From Marsupella aquatica (lineage: Eukaryota > Plantae > Marchantiophyta): DNA of 64,000 nt. Below the pieces are notes generated by a model that saw only the letters and a program-made list of their open reading frames with translations, was not told the origin of the DNA and searched no databases. Below are positions 1 through 12,977 of the stretch, piece after piece. Position 1 is the stretch's first letter, and the number at the start of each line of letters is the position of its first letter. Made by a program: the position numbers and the translations under genes. The stretch covers positions 11,245,832-11,309,831 of the forward strand of contig OZ316897.1 of assembly GCA_973895155.1 (NCBI GenBank). Reading direction: 5' to 3'.

Positions 1-1
1 T

Positions 2-109
2 GCTGTTGTGATGGAGCGAGACGAGAAGAGTGTGAAGTGCTGGGTTCGGCAGGGTAGTACTGTGAGAGATGAAGTGGGATGGCTTAAATATGAGCGCCTT
101 CAGGATTAG
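2..109 (+). CDS. 3' end (window-truncated) of a paralog of the orphan ORF at 18385-18744 (copy A)
   Basis: Frame 2 reads AVVMERDEKSVKCWVRQGSTVRDEVGWLKYERLQD*, aligning to SIVMEQDEKSLKCWVREGNLRDGVGWLKYERRQD* of 18385-18744, with the same TAG stop and one 3-nt indel. Downstream homology to the other copies extends to ~390. Confidence 0.5.
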   Translation, partial: AVVMERDEKSVKCWVRQGSTVRDEVGWLKYERLQD

Positions 110-624
110 TGTCTCGCTCGACATTTGCCTACAATTAATTTTTTTCTCACGTCCTAATCATGTAAATAGAGGACTGGCGTACAGTAATGTTTATAATTCT
201 TCGGCATTTGGCACTGCTAATTTTAGCCACATCTTATTTGGGCACCTCGAGGAATTTTCGTAGCCTGAACAGTCATAATGATGTAAAATAGAATTGCTCG
301 GACTGGTATATTCGATGGATCTTGAGAGACTATTATAAAAGGTGACATTCGTTTAATAGTTCTTTTGGATGTAATTCTCGCAATTAGCTGTTTTGTTGTG
401 AGCTTAAGTTAACCCCTTATTCATGCTGCGAGTCTTCCTGTCTACTGTAGACCTGAGTGACGCTTTTGTATAGTAGTACTAACATGGACTCTATGGGGAG
501 CATGTCCTAGAAATTGACTTTCATTTCATATGTAGTCTGGAGCGACCCTCACAAGCTTGTACTAGACACATTGCTTTGTGGGAAAAGTTTCATTGACAAA
601 GTCATTCATTCAATGAGTCAGAGC

Positions 625-880
625 ATGAATATATGCATGCCATGCTATGGATTTCCTTGGTCATCCAGGAGAAGGGTAAAGGTATGGTAACACCCAGTCA
701 AGAGGGTGTTAACAAACTTAAATCGATCAATGAGGACATTTTCAAAAAGTTATGAATATATGCATGCCATGCTATGGATTTCCTTGGTCATCCAGGAGAA
801 GGGTAAAGGTATGGTAACACCCAGTCAAGAGGGTGTTAACAAACTTAAATCGATCAATGAGGACATTTTCAAAAAGTTAT
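625..880. repeat. Perfect tandem duplication, 2 x 127 bp
   Basis: atgaatatatgcatgcc...ttcaaaaagtt starts at 625 and again at 752. Confidence 0.95.
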
Positions 881-3162
881 TGCACGAGATTGACAATCTT
901 ACATTTCTGCCTTCACTAGGAATCCTCATATATGACACAACCTGTAGCCCTAGCCTACGTCATTTATTCTCACAATTGACTCTTGTAAGTTGAAGCCCAG
1001 ATGGACCTCCATATTAGCCAAAATGCTGGGATGGAGTTTCTCAATGGGGATGGACCATAGCGAAACCCTCGTTATTGCTCAGATGATACATATTACAATG
1101 GAGAGTGAATTGTGACAGATAACTAAATAGTCAATCATCTTTGGAATTTGTAGTTCTTTGAATTGTCAATGACAGTAGGTAGTATTAGACTAGTTGGAAA
1201 GATCTTTCCAAGTCACTTCCAAAGAACCCAAGTACAAACCAGTTCCGCTGGCATATCAAGGGAGAAATGGAAAATAGAAAAGCGTACAGTGAGTGTAGGG
1301 GTAATCTTTGGAAATTCATATCTCTCTCAATTCAAAATGAAAGTTGACTACACTAGGCTTGATGGAAAGGTCTTCACATCCTGCTTCTAACCAATCCAAG
1401 AGCCTTCGGCTGCATATCAAGGGAGAAATTGAAAGTCAAACTTTAGAAACTATATTACTTTGAATAGTTTTTAGCATTGAATTCCACCTCGATCAGTCAG
1501 AATCATTTCCCACATTTTTGGCTAAAAATTGCCAGATATTCCAAGTCTCATTAGCCAGTTCCCACCAATCCATGATGTCCAATAGCAAGAATCTACAGCA
1601 ATCCTCACATCTAGGGAGATGCAAAGGTCAAAAATAAAGTTTATATAGAGAACATTCTTAGCATCTAGTTCTCACAGAAGATAATATTTCCACCCTGAAA
1701 ATTATAGAAAGTCCTTTAAAGGTATCCTGCTCATTTGTCGTTAGTCTCTTCATTTTACATTTCTTTGCTTTGACTGCACTTGCTGTCTTTACTTTCCTCT
1801 ATTTATTTTCCATTTCTTGGCTTTGACGTAATCTACTAACTTGATGTCACTTTATGCCCTCTGATTGTTTGGGGTTCTATAGGATCTTTCTGAGAGTAAG
1901 TGACTGGAAAAGCGGGTGGAAAAGATTCTAATTAATTATAACAAGGGGATGGCAGGGACAACGTAAGATGGTCCACATTCATTGATCCATCTCATCAAAA
2001 CAAACTATTTTTACCAATTAGGTAACTTAGCATCAGACCAGTTAGAGTAACACTAAGTAACTAAGCATCAAACCTCTTAGAGTAACTGTAGGTGTTGTGC
2101 ATCAATATCACTAATTGCAAACAAAAGCTAGAGTTGGGGTGAGATCCGGAGTGAAGTCTCTACAGTAACAAAACTAATAAGCACAAAATTGAACTAGACA
2201 AAAGTAATAAGCACAAAATTGAAAGTGAAATGTATACAAAAATCCCGCACTTCAACTCCTCGCTCTCCTCTAATGGCTTGAAAGACTAATAGTCTTTCAG
2301 ACCAAGTTCTTGCACCTGATCGAAGCAGTCTCGTTGAGCCAGGAGATCCCATGCAGATGAATGAGTTGGCACACATAGCTCGCCGTGTAGCGAATACAAA
2401 TCCAGGTGATTTCGGCTCTCAGCAGTATATAGTATCCTGCATGCATGCAAGACCTTACTGAAGTACTGCAGCACACAATCGGACAAAGACAGCTTCAAAC
2501 CTTTTAGATTTCTTTACAGGATATATTCCTTTGAATCGGAACTATTTTCATTGTTAATTACTAGAAACGATTTTCTTTCAAGATTCATAGATAGTTAAAT
2601 GCTAAGGTCAGGTGAATTAAGCTCGCTCTCCAAGTCATCGTCTGACTTTTGATAGACTTGTGGGGCGAGTACGTTGTGGGGTCGAAACTGAATATATGTT
2701 TCGTGGCAAAGGTTTTAAGAAATGTGTATTTTATTTCAAACTGTCAAATCCAATTGTCACTTCATGGACGCTTCAATTACATTAAATACGAAGACAAAAA
2801 ACTTGCTCGCTTACGCGTCATATATAAAACATATCTCCAAGTCATCCTGGATCTACTCCTCCCTAGAGATCCAGCTCATATGCTGATCGACAATAAGTCT
2901 CGATCTCAATAAATTGATTCACAAAAAACAAGACTAAACCTCCACCAGTTGCCGGTTCATATATTGAGTCACGAAGCAATCAGGAGGGAATCCAAGTGAC
3001 AACAGTTGGCAAAAGAATTAATATCTAGATGTGTGAACCATTGATGTGGTTGACTCAACCACTGAACGTTTTAATTAGCAGTGTGCTGAGAAAAATGGAC
3101 AAGATGGTCAGTATCCTGTGATTCACTGATCGTTATTAATTCAATTATTGGGTACGTATCTT

Positions 3163-5503
3163 TCAAGTGTCAACTGTGATGCACTTGAATCTGACGGTCT
3201 CATCTGAATCCGAATGATGAAATAAGGGAACGAGTGTAATCACGATTTTAGAAGGGGCTGCTGGAGCTTCAATATCCACCAGTGTTTTGGTAATGCTTTG
3301 CTTCCATACTAGATCTGGTTTCCCTTGAGTGGCAGCCTGGCTTTGGGCCATGTTGGTGAATCTTCCACTGTACTCGGCGCATTTATATCGGGCTGTATGT
3401 TCAGTCGGGTCCACCCAATCCACGAACACGTCGAATCCAGTGTTCCAAGATCTGTCGAGCTTGATTCCGTCAATGGTGAGGAACTCCTCAAGTGCCTTCG
3501 GATTTTCTGGTCTGTCAATCACCATTGTGAATGTTTTACCGGCTTCCAGATGATAATATCCCTTCGAGTCTTTCGTTGGTGACGGCAAACTTTCGGCTCG
3601 GGCAAGAAGTTCGTAGTAGCTCAGTTGAGAGCACTTGGTACTGTTGAAGAATATCCATGGTGCATCATTAGCGCCTTGATATACATATCCCAAATTTTTC
3701 GTGTCTAAGGATCCTGCTACCGTCACTCTTCTTAGGTCTTTGTTCTCATCGTAGAAGAGAAACTCAGCATTGAGAAAGTCAGGGTCGGAGAAGTCCTCAT
3801 GCTTTTTACCCACTATTGACCCGATATCTTTCCATACCTGTTATTATCGAACAGAAAGATATTGATCAGCTCAAATGAACGCAATCAGAATCTAGACAAT
3901 TTGTAAGGCCCATGATAAATCGCAAATTATAGCTGCTTCCTTAATTACATAAAATATAATTTCATAATCTCTCTTAATTACATACCTGCCACATACGATC
4001 GACGTTGGAGTGATGAGCGTAGAAGACAGGGTCACGAGATGAGCGTGAAAGATCACCCATGTCAAATGCATTTGGTGGGTCTTGCCCGGTCCAGGCATGA
4101 ATACCAGCATGAGCGCCAGATTCAATGCTTCCAGCACCTCCATTTGGGCCTCCGTGGCCTGTGCATTCAAAACAGAAAAACGTATTTATTAAGCCAACAT
4201 CTTCGGTATTGCGCTCAGATTATGGTTCGAACGAAGCTCAAGAAGTTTAGTGATTGTAGGGACGGTAGATTTGGTAGTTTTCGATTCTTTCCGGGTGAAT
4301 CAACAGCATCCGGTCCGTATCAAGTGATTTGAATTGAACACGATGTTTTACGATTCTCAAAACGCTCTTGCTGCAGTCATATTGGTATACAGACCTGCTA
4401 TGTTCCCTGCTCGATAAGGCCGGCCCATGAACGTTTCTGGAGTTGTTCCGCCGCTCACCATGGCTTTGTACATAATATTCAGATTACTGTCAATGATGTC
4501 TTCTGCGGATGCGTTGGAAAGAGGCTGTTGTGCTGCAGTTAATATCGGGCTGGAACTGAGATCGGGGAATTGTAGACGACCTTTTCCCTTCGCGTTCTCC
4601 GATCGGTTGACATCGTATATGGCGGAGGAGCTGTCTCCATAGAAGGCTGGGAAGTCATCCCCCTGCTTCAGGCAAGCTCCATTCTGGGAAGAGCCATCGC
4701 CTACGCTGTAGGGGCTGTCCCAGTTCCAGTAATTGAGACTGAAAGTGGGGTCTCCCAGTAGAGACTGCAGGATCCTCTCGTGGAAGTACAAATACCACCT
4801 GCGTTCCGTACGTCCATCCATCCGCTTTTAGAGATACAACTCAAAGTCCCTTAAAGAGTTGCGACTGTACATAAAATCTCTATCAAAGAAAGCTACACTA
4901 GAGATTGGACAGAAAGCTTCTATGTTCAAAATACGACTGCATGTCAGCACACTGATCAACATTCAGAAAATTAAAAAAAGTTGATTTCCATGCTTTGATC
5001 AGATTGGTTTGCAATTCACACCGATTTCTTCCTGGGACTGATTACTTGACGTACCTGTGCCAGGGGTAGAATAGCCAGCTCCAGTGAATGTCAATTCCCT
5101 CTGGAACTCCGCTGCTGTTGGTGGTCAAGAATGCGCCTCCGCAGTATGAGCAGTGAAGGTACCATTGCTGTGTCAGGGAGCGAGGGTCATCGTCTGGCAG
5201 AGCCCGCATCAGCGCATACGCTTTCTTAAGCTTTGCGGCGTACACTACATCCGTGCATTGCGAAGCATGTCTTACTCTGATAGATTTCGTCGATAGAGGA
5301 GGGGCCCCATCGATGATCGGTTTAGTTGGCATGACGGGACAGCACTGGAGGGTTTCGACGGGACCGGTCTGATTTGTGTAGTACGTTGCAATTTGGCAGG
5401 GACTAAAGTCGGTTTTGATAGGCTCGGAAACAACCGCTGATGGGAACATGAAACACATGAAAAATGTACACAATACCATTATCCACGCCACACGGACCTC
5501 CAT
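3163..5503 (-). CDS. PPO: Polyphenol oxidase (catechol oxidase/tyrosinase family, type-3 copper) with signal peptide; 4 exons, ~566 aa
   Basis: Exons 5503-5055, 4798-4395, 4158-3986, 3837-3163 with GT-AG introns and consistent phases. CuA: HCSYC...IHWSWLFYPWHRWYLYFHERIL. CuB: ESGAHAGIH...DPVFYAHHSNVDRMW. DWL-type domain: DPDFLNAEFLFYDEN...LGYVY. KFDV-type domain: GFDVFVD...EYSGRF. The exon-2 donor is the least certain boundary. Confidence 0.93.
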
Positions 5504-6632
5504 CGCTGCACCCTTGGATCGAGAGTTCTTACCACACCACCCCTGTGTATAGCTTGAAAAGTCTGCAGCTGCAAACCTTCTTGAATTGCTCAGTGTTCAA
5601 GGAAGCTTGGACGAACTCTCAGACACAGCGTGCAGGAAAGGAGCGAAGTATTCGATTCAGGCTCAGTGTCCGAAGCAAAATAGAGGTGCCGAGTATGAAG
5701 GCTTTGTTGTGATCGATTGATCACACAAAGTGTCATGTGTAGATGATGAGCAATGGGATTCCTTTTATGGCAGCGATCTGAGCAAGTTTTACTAGGACGA
5801 AATCCTTTCGGACTTGGGCACTGGACCAGATGGGGAACGACGTCGTGATGTTTGGCAGAAGTCAGACCTCTGGTACTCTACAGGCAGTACCTGCACTTTT
5901 GATAGGGATATGACTGTTTCTGTAGTCGTCGTCTCCACTAATGTCTTACATTTACAGCTGAGTCCACTCGTGTTTCAGTGGGGCGTGGATAAGTGCATTT
6001 TGAGGCCGGTCTTGTGCTCCCCAAATAGAGAGCCTATTACAGATTTCCCTAAAATAAGAAGGCTAAGGATGCCTTTACAAGAAGTTGGGGGCACTTGTGA
6101 CTTTTTTTCACCAAAGCAAAATGGAGGGACATTTCCCACACCAAAAAAAGTGTACCAGGGGTAAAAGAGTTTTTGGAATTATACTTCTATGGTCCCCAAG
6201 GTCTTGAGCTAAGTGCAGCAAATGGTGGAGGCTCTAGAATTATTTGCTAAAAGACAAGCTGGGGACTCATTCCACCTGAATCTCAAAGTCTTGTTTAGCT
6301 AGAGTCTTTCTAGCTAGCTTTGACAAGAGCTCGGGGGTCTCACTACATAGAGGACCCATCACCTGCAACCTTTTTTAAGCCATGCACACCCTAAAATGTA
6401 AGATTTTTTTTACTTTTCTAAATACTCTAAAAGAATATTCTAACTATTTGATTAAAAGTACCTAGGTAATGTTCTCACAAGACTATAAATTGGATTTAAA
6501 AGACCCTAAAGTTATTTCACAAAATTTCTAATTCTTCATTTTAAACCAATAAAATTACTCTATTTTTTGTTGCACATGATGTGTGCCCATTCTATGGAAA
6601 TGAAACTCTCAAGAAGAAGAGAAGATCTTATC

Positions 6633-6848
6633 CCAAGGACTTGTGGGTCCACTTCTAATACAAATGACTCAAAAACATTAGGACTGGATCAAAGGACTTG
6701 TGGTCCACTTCTAATGCAAATAACTAAAAGACTTGTGAGTCCACTTCTAATGCAAACGACCAAAAAACAGTGGGAATGGACCAAGGACTTGTGGGTTCAC
6801 GGTAAATGCAAATGACTCAAGATAAGAATGGACCAAGGGTCCACTTAC
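6633..6848. repeat. Degenerate minisatellite, ~5 copies of aaggacttgtgggtccacttctaatgcaaatgac
   Basis: Motif recurs at ~6633, 6691, 6728, 6782 and partially at 6833. Confidence 0.8.
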
Positions 6849-7868
6849 AGGAAGAGACCAATCCAAGAGAGGTGGTCTAAAAGTCCAGGACAAAATATGC
6901 TCCACATATTAAGCAAAGTTGGGCCGACTCCATTCCATGTATACCAGTTAGTAACAGTTTAGGTTGAAAGTGCCCCCTGGCCAACATTTTGTAAAGTGGA
7001 TAGGAGCAATTTCTCCAGAAAGGATAGCACTGATCACATCTTGGAGACAAAGAAATGTAAACTTCCACCAATTGTCTTGTACAGCCACCCTAAGGTCCAG
7101 CTGGCATGTAACAGCAGGCACTTAGTGTACCTTGAGCACCAGCAAAACCAATGGCAAAAAGTAGGTTGCATCTAGCAGCTAGCATGCAATTCTACTGGAG
7201 TTGAATGACAGGTATCCACAGGGGGATCCACCAACAATATAGTTGAAAAGTGTGCCTGTTTGATTCATTCTCTTCTCAAAGGATGGGACCTTAATTAGGC
7301 CAAAAATACCCCTTAATTACCTTTGTTCTGCACTTTGTATGGCACAATAGCTGTCAGATGAGGAGTACTCTCCACAACATTCTCAGTCAGTACTTTTATG
7401 CCATGTGTGAAGTTGAAGGCTGGAAAACATAGGGCTGCTTACATGTGCGTTGGCTCTAAAATTTACTGCTGTTTCACCCCACCCTGAGAGCATCTCCACT
7501 GCAGCCTCCAAATAGCCCCGTAACCTCTATTCTTGCACAAATGGAGGCCACATTTCAGGTTGGTGTGCCCCACCCGCATCCGGCAACCGCCATCAACATA
7601 GCGGCACTCTGCAAAACTCCAGACCTTGGCCGCCACATTTCGTGTGGTTGGCGGTCTGGGAATGACCCTCCACTTCTGGCCCCTACTTGAATCAACGTCA
7701 GCTAGTGAGGCACGCGTCTTACTTCATCTGCGCTCACATCAGGTTCTCGCTTTGAGAGGCTGGTTTGCCAGGTTCGATTGGGAATCATCGTGCAACTCGT
7801 GCAATCATCGTGCAACACTGTGCACGACAGGTACCTCGTGGGATTGCAGATTGAGAAGTTGGGGCACC

Positions 7869-8869
7869 ATGGCGAGTAGTCGAGGCAAAAATTACTCGGA
7901 ATGTGAGTTGAAACAGTTGTGCTATAGTGTGCTCCATGTATCACAAGATCCCTTGGTTGGAGCAGGACAGAGAGCTGAGAAATTCTGGGATAGAGTCGCA
8001 GATCACTATCACAAGAACAAAGGGCGGGAATTCGAGACAAGGGGGAAAAATCTTTGGAGGGGAAGTGGTCGGACATCAAGCACGATGTCCAGAAATTCAT
8101 AGGCGCCTACCAGCAAGTAGATAGCCGACAAGTCTTAGGTACGAATGCGGAAGATAATTTTAAATTAGCCAAGGAGTTGTACAGGGAAAATCATCCGAAG
8201 AACAGGAGTTTCATGTTTGATTGCTGCTATTATATTTTGAAGGACTGCCCCAGGTTCGTGAATCCAAAGAACGAGATGCAAAAGGGGAAGAGCAAGAAAT
8301 CTCAAAGAGCTGTTGGCAACAAAGAGAGCCCTATTGCTGAAGTGATCGAGCGTGATGTTGAGACTGATCTTGCTGATCAGAACGATGACACAGAATCTAT
8401 TCAGGCTTCAAGCAGGAAGAGGCCGACTGGAAATCGTGCTGCTAAAGAAGAGTTGAAGAGGCTGAAGAGCCAAGACGAAGCTCTCAAGATGTCTGCACTT
8501 GCTCAGAAGGAAATGGCAGCTGCCAATATAATGCGAAGTTTGGCGTATCAAAATAATTCGACACTTGCAATGCTCTCTTTCCCTAGAGATGGAATGAGTT
8601 CTGAAATGCGAAAACTGTGGGACGATTGGAAATTGTTGGAGTCTATTAAATTGATGAATTGGGTTGCTCAGCAAACTGCTCCAAATGTCCAGCCACCTAC
8701 TCAGGTTAATGAAGTTTCCCGACCTGTAAGTGCACCTCCAGTTGTGCTGATTAATTCAGATCACAATGCAGCAGCTGCGCTCGTGCAAGAAGAAGAGGTG
8801 GAGGATGACCTGGAATCACTATTTCGACAACAAGAAAATCCAATTGAAGACAGATTTGATACACGGTAG
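7869..8869 (+). pseudogene. Harbinger accessory Myb/SANT-like (NAM-associated) DNA-binding protein, one frameshift
   Basis: MASSRGKNYSECELKQLCYSVLHVSQDPLVGAGQRAEKFWDRV...[frameshift in G/A run ~8041-8050]...SLEGKWSDIKHDVQKFIGAY...FMFDCCYYILKDCPRF...KRPTGNRAAKE. These motifs are typical of plant Harbinger ORF1. Confidence 0.88.
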
Positions 8870-9621
8870 AATTTGAACGTATTGCAGCTTATTTCATAGC
8901 ATTCAAGAGTTTAAATTCTATAGTGCAGAGTTTTGAAGTTCTGTAGAAGCACTAAGACCTAAATCAAGTATGGAAGCTCCATAGACTGATGCTAAATTCC
9001 CAAATTGTTGAATGAAATGACTGCAAGTCAAGTACTCTTGGAGATTCCTTGTTAGCTCCATTTTGGCTCTCAATTCTCTTTTTATTTGTTCTCAATATAT
9101 GGTGCTTCTCAATCGCACATTTTTTTCTCTCTTCATTGAGGATTGGTGATTGTTCTTCTTGCCCTCGTGAATCACAAGAGCTGTTTTCTGTGAACTTCAC
9201 TTTGTATAGCTAGTGACCGTCATTGCAATAATTGGACAATGAACAAATATTTTACTCCTTCAAATTAATGTATACATTGCTTCAACAGCGGACCTTTGAG
9301 CAAAAATACTCCAAGGTTTGTGCACTCCCTACAGTACTCTACAGTACACTCCTCTATCGCCTACACAGTTGGCACTCATACAGTAGAGTATATCAGGTAT
9401 GAAAATCCAAAATTTGGGAGTAGATCGCCAGTATTGCTTGCAATAGGCCTTCTTCTTGCCGTGGAGCAGTGAAGAATTCGAATCTGACAGTGATAGGACA
9501 AAAGACATTGTTAAAAGCATAAAAACTCACTGCACCCTTTGACTCAACCAAGTGCTTGAATTCAAAATGCATAGAGACTTCAAAATGAGAGCAATTGAAA
9601 GGCAATAAACTCACCAGAATG

Positions 9622-10897
9622 TTAATCTGCATGGCCAGCACCTTTCCTATTCCACAAATGATCAATGAGGTCATTCCTGAGCTTAAAGTGAGATTCTTTA
9701 TCATGAATCTGCCTAGTAGCCTCCAGGAATTGTAACCAAGGCACTAGACCTCTCCTAATAGGTGGTGGATGAATGTTCAAGTAAGGAGTGAAATTCTCAT
9801 CCCTCTCATCTTCTAGAATCATACTGTGTAGTATGACACATGCCATTAAGATATTGGTGAGGTTACTAACAAACTAGGACCGTGCAGGTCTCTTCACGAT
9901 TTCAAATCTGGCTTGCAAGACCCCAAATGCCCTCTCCACGTCTTTTCTGGCCCCCACTTGACATTTTGCAAAGTGTTTCAATTTTTCAGACTGTGGTGCA
10001 TGCACAATAGAAATAAACATGGACCACTTTGGGTAGATACCATCAACCAATAAATATGCCTGGTTGTACTCTACTCCATTCAAGGAAAATGAGACATTGG
10101 CAGATTCATTTGCAAGCCATTCATTCAACAATGGAGACCTATCTAGAACGTTGATGTCATTGTTCCCCCCAGCCAATCCAAAGAAAGCATGCCAGATCCA
10201 TAATTCTTGATCTGCAATTGCCTCCAAAATCAGAGATTTGGATTTGTCCTTGTCTTGGTATTGACCATGCCAGGCAACGGGACAATTCTTCCATTCCCAG
10301 TGCATGCAATCTAAACTGCCAAACATTCCTGGGAATCCTCTTTGCTGGTTGATAGCCAGATTTTTTCTCCAATCTTTCCCTGTTGGCTTCCTCAAGTACA
10401 TTGGCTCATACAATTGTCTAATGACTTCTACAAATCTATAGAGAGACTCCAAAGCTGTACTTTCTGCAATTCTACAATATTCATCCATGGCATCCGCACC
10501 TACTCCATATGCCATTTGACAAAGAGCAACAGTAATTTTTTGATGAGGAGTGAGACCGGGATTTCCTCTAGCATCAAATTTCAATTCGAAATAACTGTCA
10601 TGAGCACACACAGCATTGAGAATTTTTATTGAATAACCTGGAAGACATGCGATACCTCCTTCTGAATTTCAACTCGTCGTATGTGGGATTTTCGGCAAAA
10701 TAATCGTTCCAGAGATCTTCAGCTCCTTTCTGCCTCCTCCTGTCCACATTTGGTGCCTTCCCTGGCCTTGACCCTCCGTGCTTCCGCTTTCTAGAGGATC
10801 CTGTGAAAATAGACTGGATTGACAATGATCCCGTAGCACAAATCTGTTCCCAGAAGCTCTGTTCTTCTTCCCACACTTCGTCATCCTCGTGTATCAT
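9622..10897 (-). pseudogene. Harbinger/HARBI1-like DDE transposase, disabled by a +1 frameshift (~10625) and a TAG stop (9874)
   Basis: LWNDYFAENPTY..KFRRRYRMS, GFPGMFGSLDCMHWEWKNCPVAW, GNNDINVLDRSP, LVDGIYP, RKDVERAFGVLQARF, RPARS*...MACVILHSMILEDE, LRNDLIDHLW. Confidence 0.95.
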
Positions 10898-11987
10898 GCG
10901 TTGTAGATTGTCTCTCCAGGATCTTGTGGCATCCAGGGCGATGGATAATGAGCTTCAACACAATCACAAACTGGAGGCAGCATCCGCAAATGATTTCATA
11001 GCATTTTGACTGCTGGAGCTCACGTTCTCTGCATCTCAATAGCTCAGAAATGTCGTGCCTTTTGTGAGCTTTCTGCAGGTCCGCGAAGTTTCTGTGTTTT
11101 GTTGATAGGGTTTTTGACTGACTGCGCTGGTTTGAACCAGAGTTAAGCAAATGGGGGTCGGGTTTAGGGGGTGCGGGTGGGGATCGTATGGTCGCCGACA
11201 TTGGCCTGGAATATTCAGGCCCCTAAAGTCCAACGCAAATTTTGGGGATAGCGGCTGGAGAGGGCAAATCGGGTGGAGATGCTCTGAGAATGAATAGTTA
11301 CCACTCCACCTGAGGGCAAAAGCATGTAGAGCTAAGGCCATGTGTCTTAGTGGGGTGTGGATAATTGCATTCCCCGTATAAGCCGAGGGCATCATGTTGT
11401 CCCCAAACACAGCCTAATATTAGAGCAAATTGGTTTGTAAATGCACCCAAAAGTGCAGTTTTCATAAGTGCGTCTCAATCCTTATTAAACCACAAACATG
11501 CATCAAAGAGGAAGGACAAGAAAAGATGAAAAATGAAATTATGAAACAAAACAAAGAAGGGTGGTCCAGAACCAAAAACCTCAAACTGGAGGGGACACCA
11601 CCGGCAAGGAGGCCAAATGGGCCTGCCACATTCAGCCAAGACAAGAATATATGCACCCTGGAAGCCATAGTGTCACTCTTGGGGTAAGCAGTGAGGCGTG
11701 AGCTTTGTCACAATTCCTTTTAAGACAAAAGGAAGAGAAAGTCTAGTCATGGAGACCTGCCCCCACTCCCTCCAAACAACAACTTACAATAAAAAGGTCA
11801 ATATTTTAGTTCTCATGGTGTTTATTCCCCCATTATTTTCCCCTTTATTTCCTATGTCAACGGGAAGGCAGCTGAAGTCTTGAAAGAGATTTCTTGTGGT
11901 TAGTCACTTTTGTTTGCAGCAATTTGTGCACTGCATCAAATCAGTTTATTATATTTCATGCGGCGTGTTTGATTGGGTCCTCCCTAA

Positions 11988-12382
11988 CAGAACTGAAATG
12001 ACTATTGTACATGATGCAGATGATGCATTCTAGTTCAAAAAGCTTGGCATCAGTAACCAAGACAGTCAACTGAAGTGGGTGAGGGTTCATTTGCTAGGTG
12101 AACAATAGACCTACCCCCAGAACTGAAATGACTATTGTACATGATGCAGATGATGCATTATAGCTCAAAAAAGCTTGGCATCAGTAACCAAGACGGTCAA
12201 CTGCAGGGGGGAGGGTTCATTTGTCAAGGTGAACAATAGACCTACCCCCAGAACTGAAATCATGACTATTGTACATAATGCAGATGATGCATTATAGTTC
12301 AAACAGCTTGGCATCAGTAACCAAGACAGTCAACTGAAGGGGGTGAGGGTTCATTTGCCAAGATGAACAATAGACCTACCCC
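11988..12382. repeat. Tandem repeat, 3 x ~130 bp
   Basis: cagaactgaaatgactattgtacatgatgcagatgatgcatt...gaacaatagacctacccc starts at 11988, 12118 and 12249. Confidence 0.93.
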
Positions 12383-12977
12383 CTCTCTGCACTGAACTTG
12401 TCATCCTAGGACGCTCATACCAGAGTTTGTTTTTAGTGGCCAATTTTTGGTAGATTCCACCTCCCCAAAAAGTCTTTGCACTTTTGACAAAACTGCTACT
12501 TTTTCTATGTCCCATCTGCAAGTTTCCCACCTAGGCTCAGGTCCAATTAGCCAGAATCTAACTGTCTGTCCTTAAACACTTAGGGAGATCTAACTATTAG
12601 AATATACTTTGGGAATTTCTTGTTCACACACCTGACGTTGTGCCACTCTGTCTAGTATGGGCAAAAAGAAACCTTAAAGATTACACGGGCTCCTACCCTA
12701 AATGGGTTATCTATGCTTTCTTAAGAGATATTTAATTATAGGGCAAGGGGAAAGACAATTGCTATTGACAAACATAGCTAGTGAGGCCCCTTCAGCAGCT
12801 GTCAGCTGGTGGAATGGTGGAACTGGCATCCTAAACTATAATACACAGTTGCGCCACTTTTTAGAGTGGTTGTCATTCAAATATGCGGGGCACAAAAATA
12901 AAAAAATCTGGTCGAAGGTAAACAATAAAGCCAAAGTGTGAATTGAGTTTAGTGTGACTCACAAAAAGTTGCACCAG

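Larger units (their letters stand above)
7488..11284. mobile_element. PIF/Harbinger DNA transposon, full length (3797 bp), non-autonomous through mutation
   Basis: 12-bp TIR GAGCATCTCCAC at 7488-7499 and its reverse complement at 11273-11284. 3-bp TSD TGA at 7485-7487 and 11285-11287. Subterminal inverted motif ccccacccgca at ~7567 and ~11171-11181. Contains a Myb/SANT-like gene and a DDE transposase in convergent orientation. Confidence 0.95.

Noticed and set aside
500-1700. Possible retrotransposon pol remnant
   Set aside because: No RT, RNase H or integrase motif could be read convincingly in any frame.
6633-6848. Repeat-spacer-like pattern resembling a CRISPR array
   Set aside because: Repeats are degenerate, spacers vary from 0 to ~25 bp and resemble each other, there are no cas genes, and the context is eukaryotic. 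This is a minisatellite.
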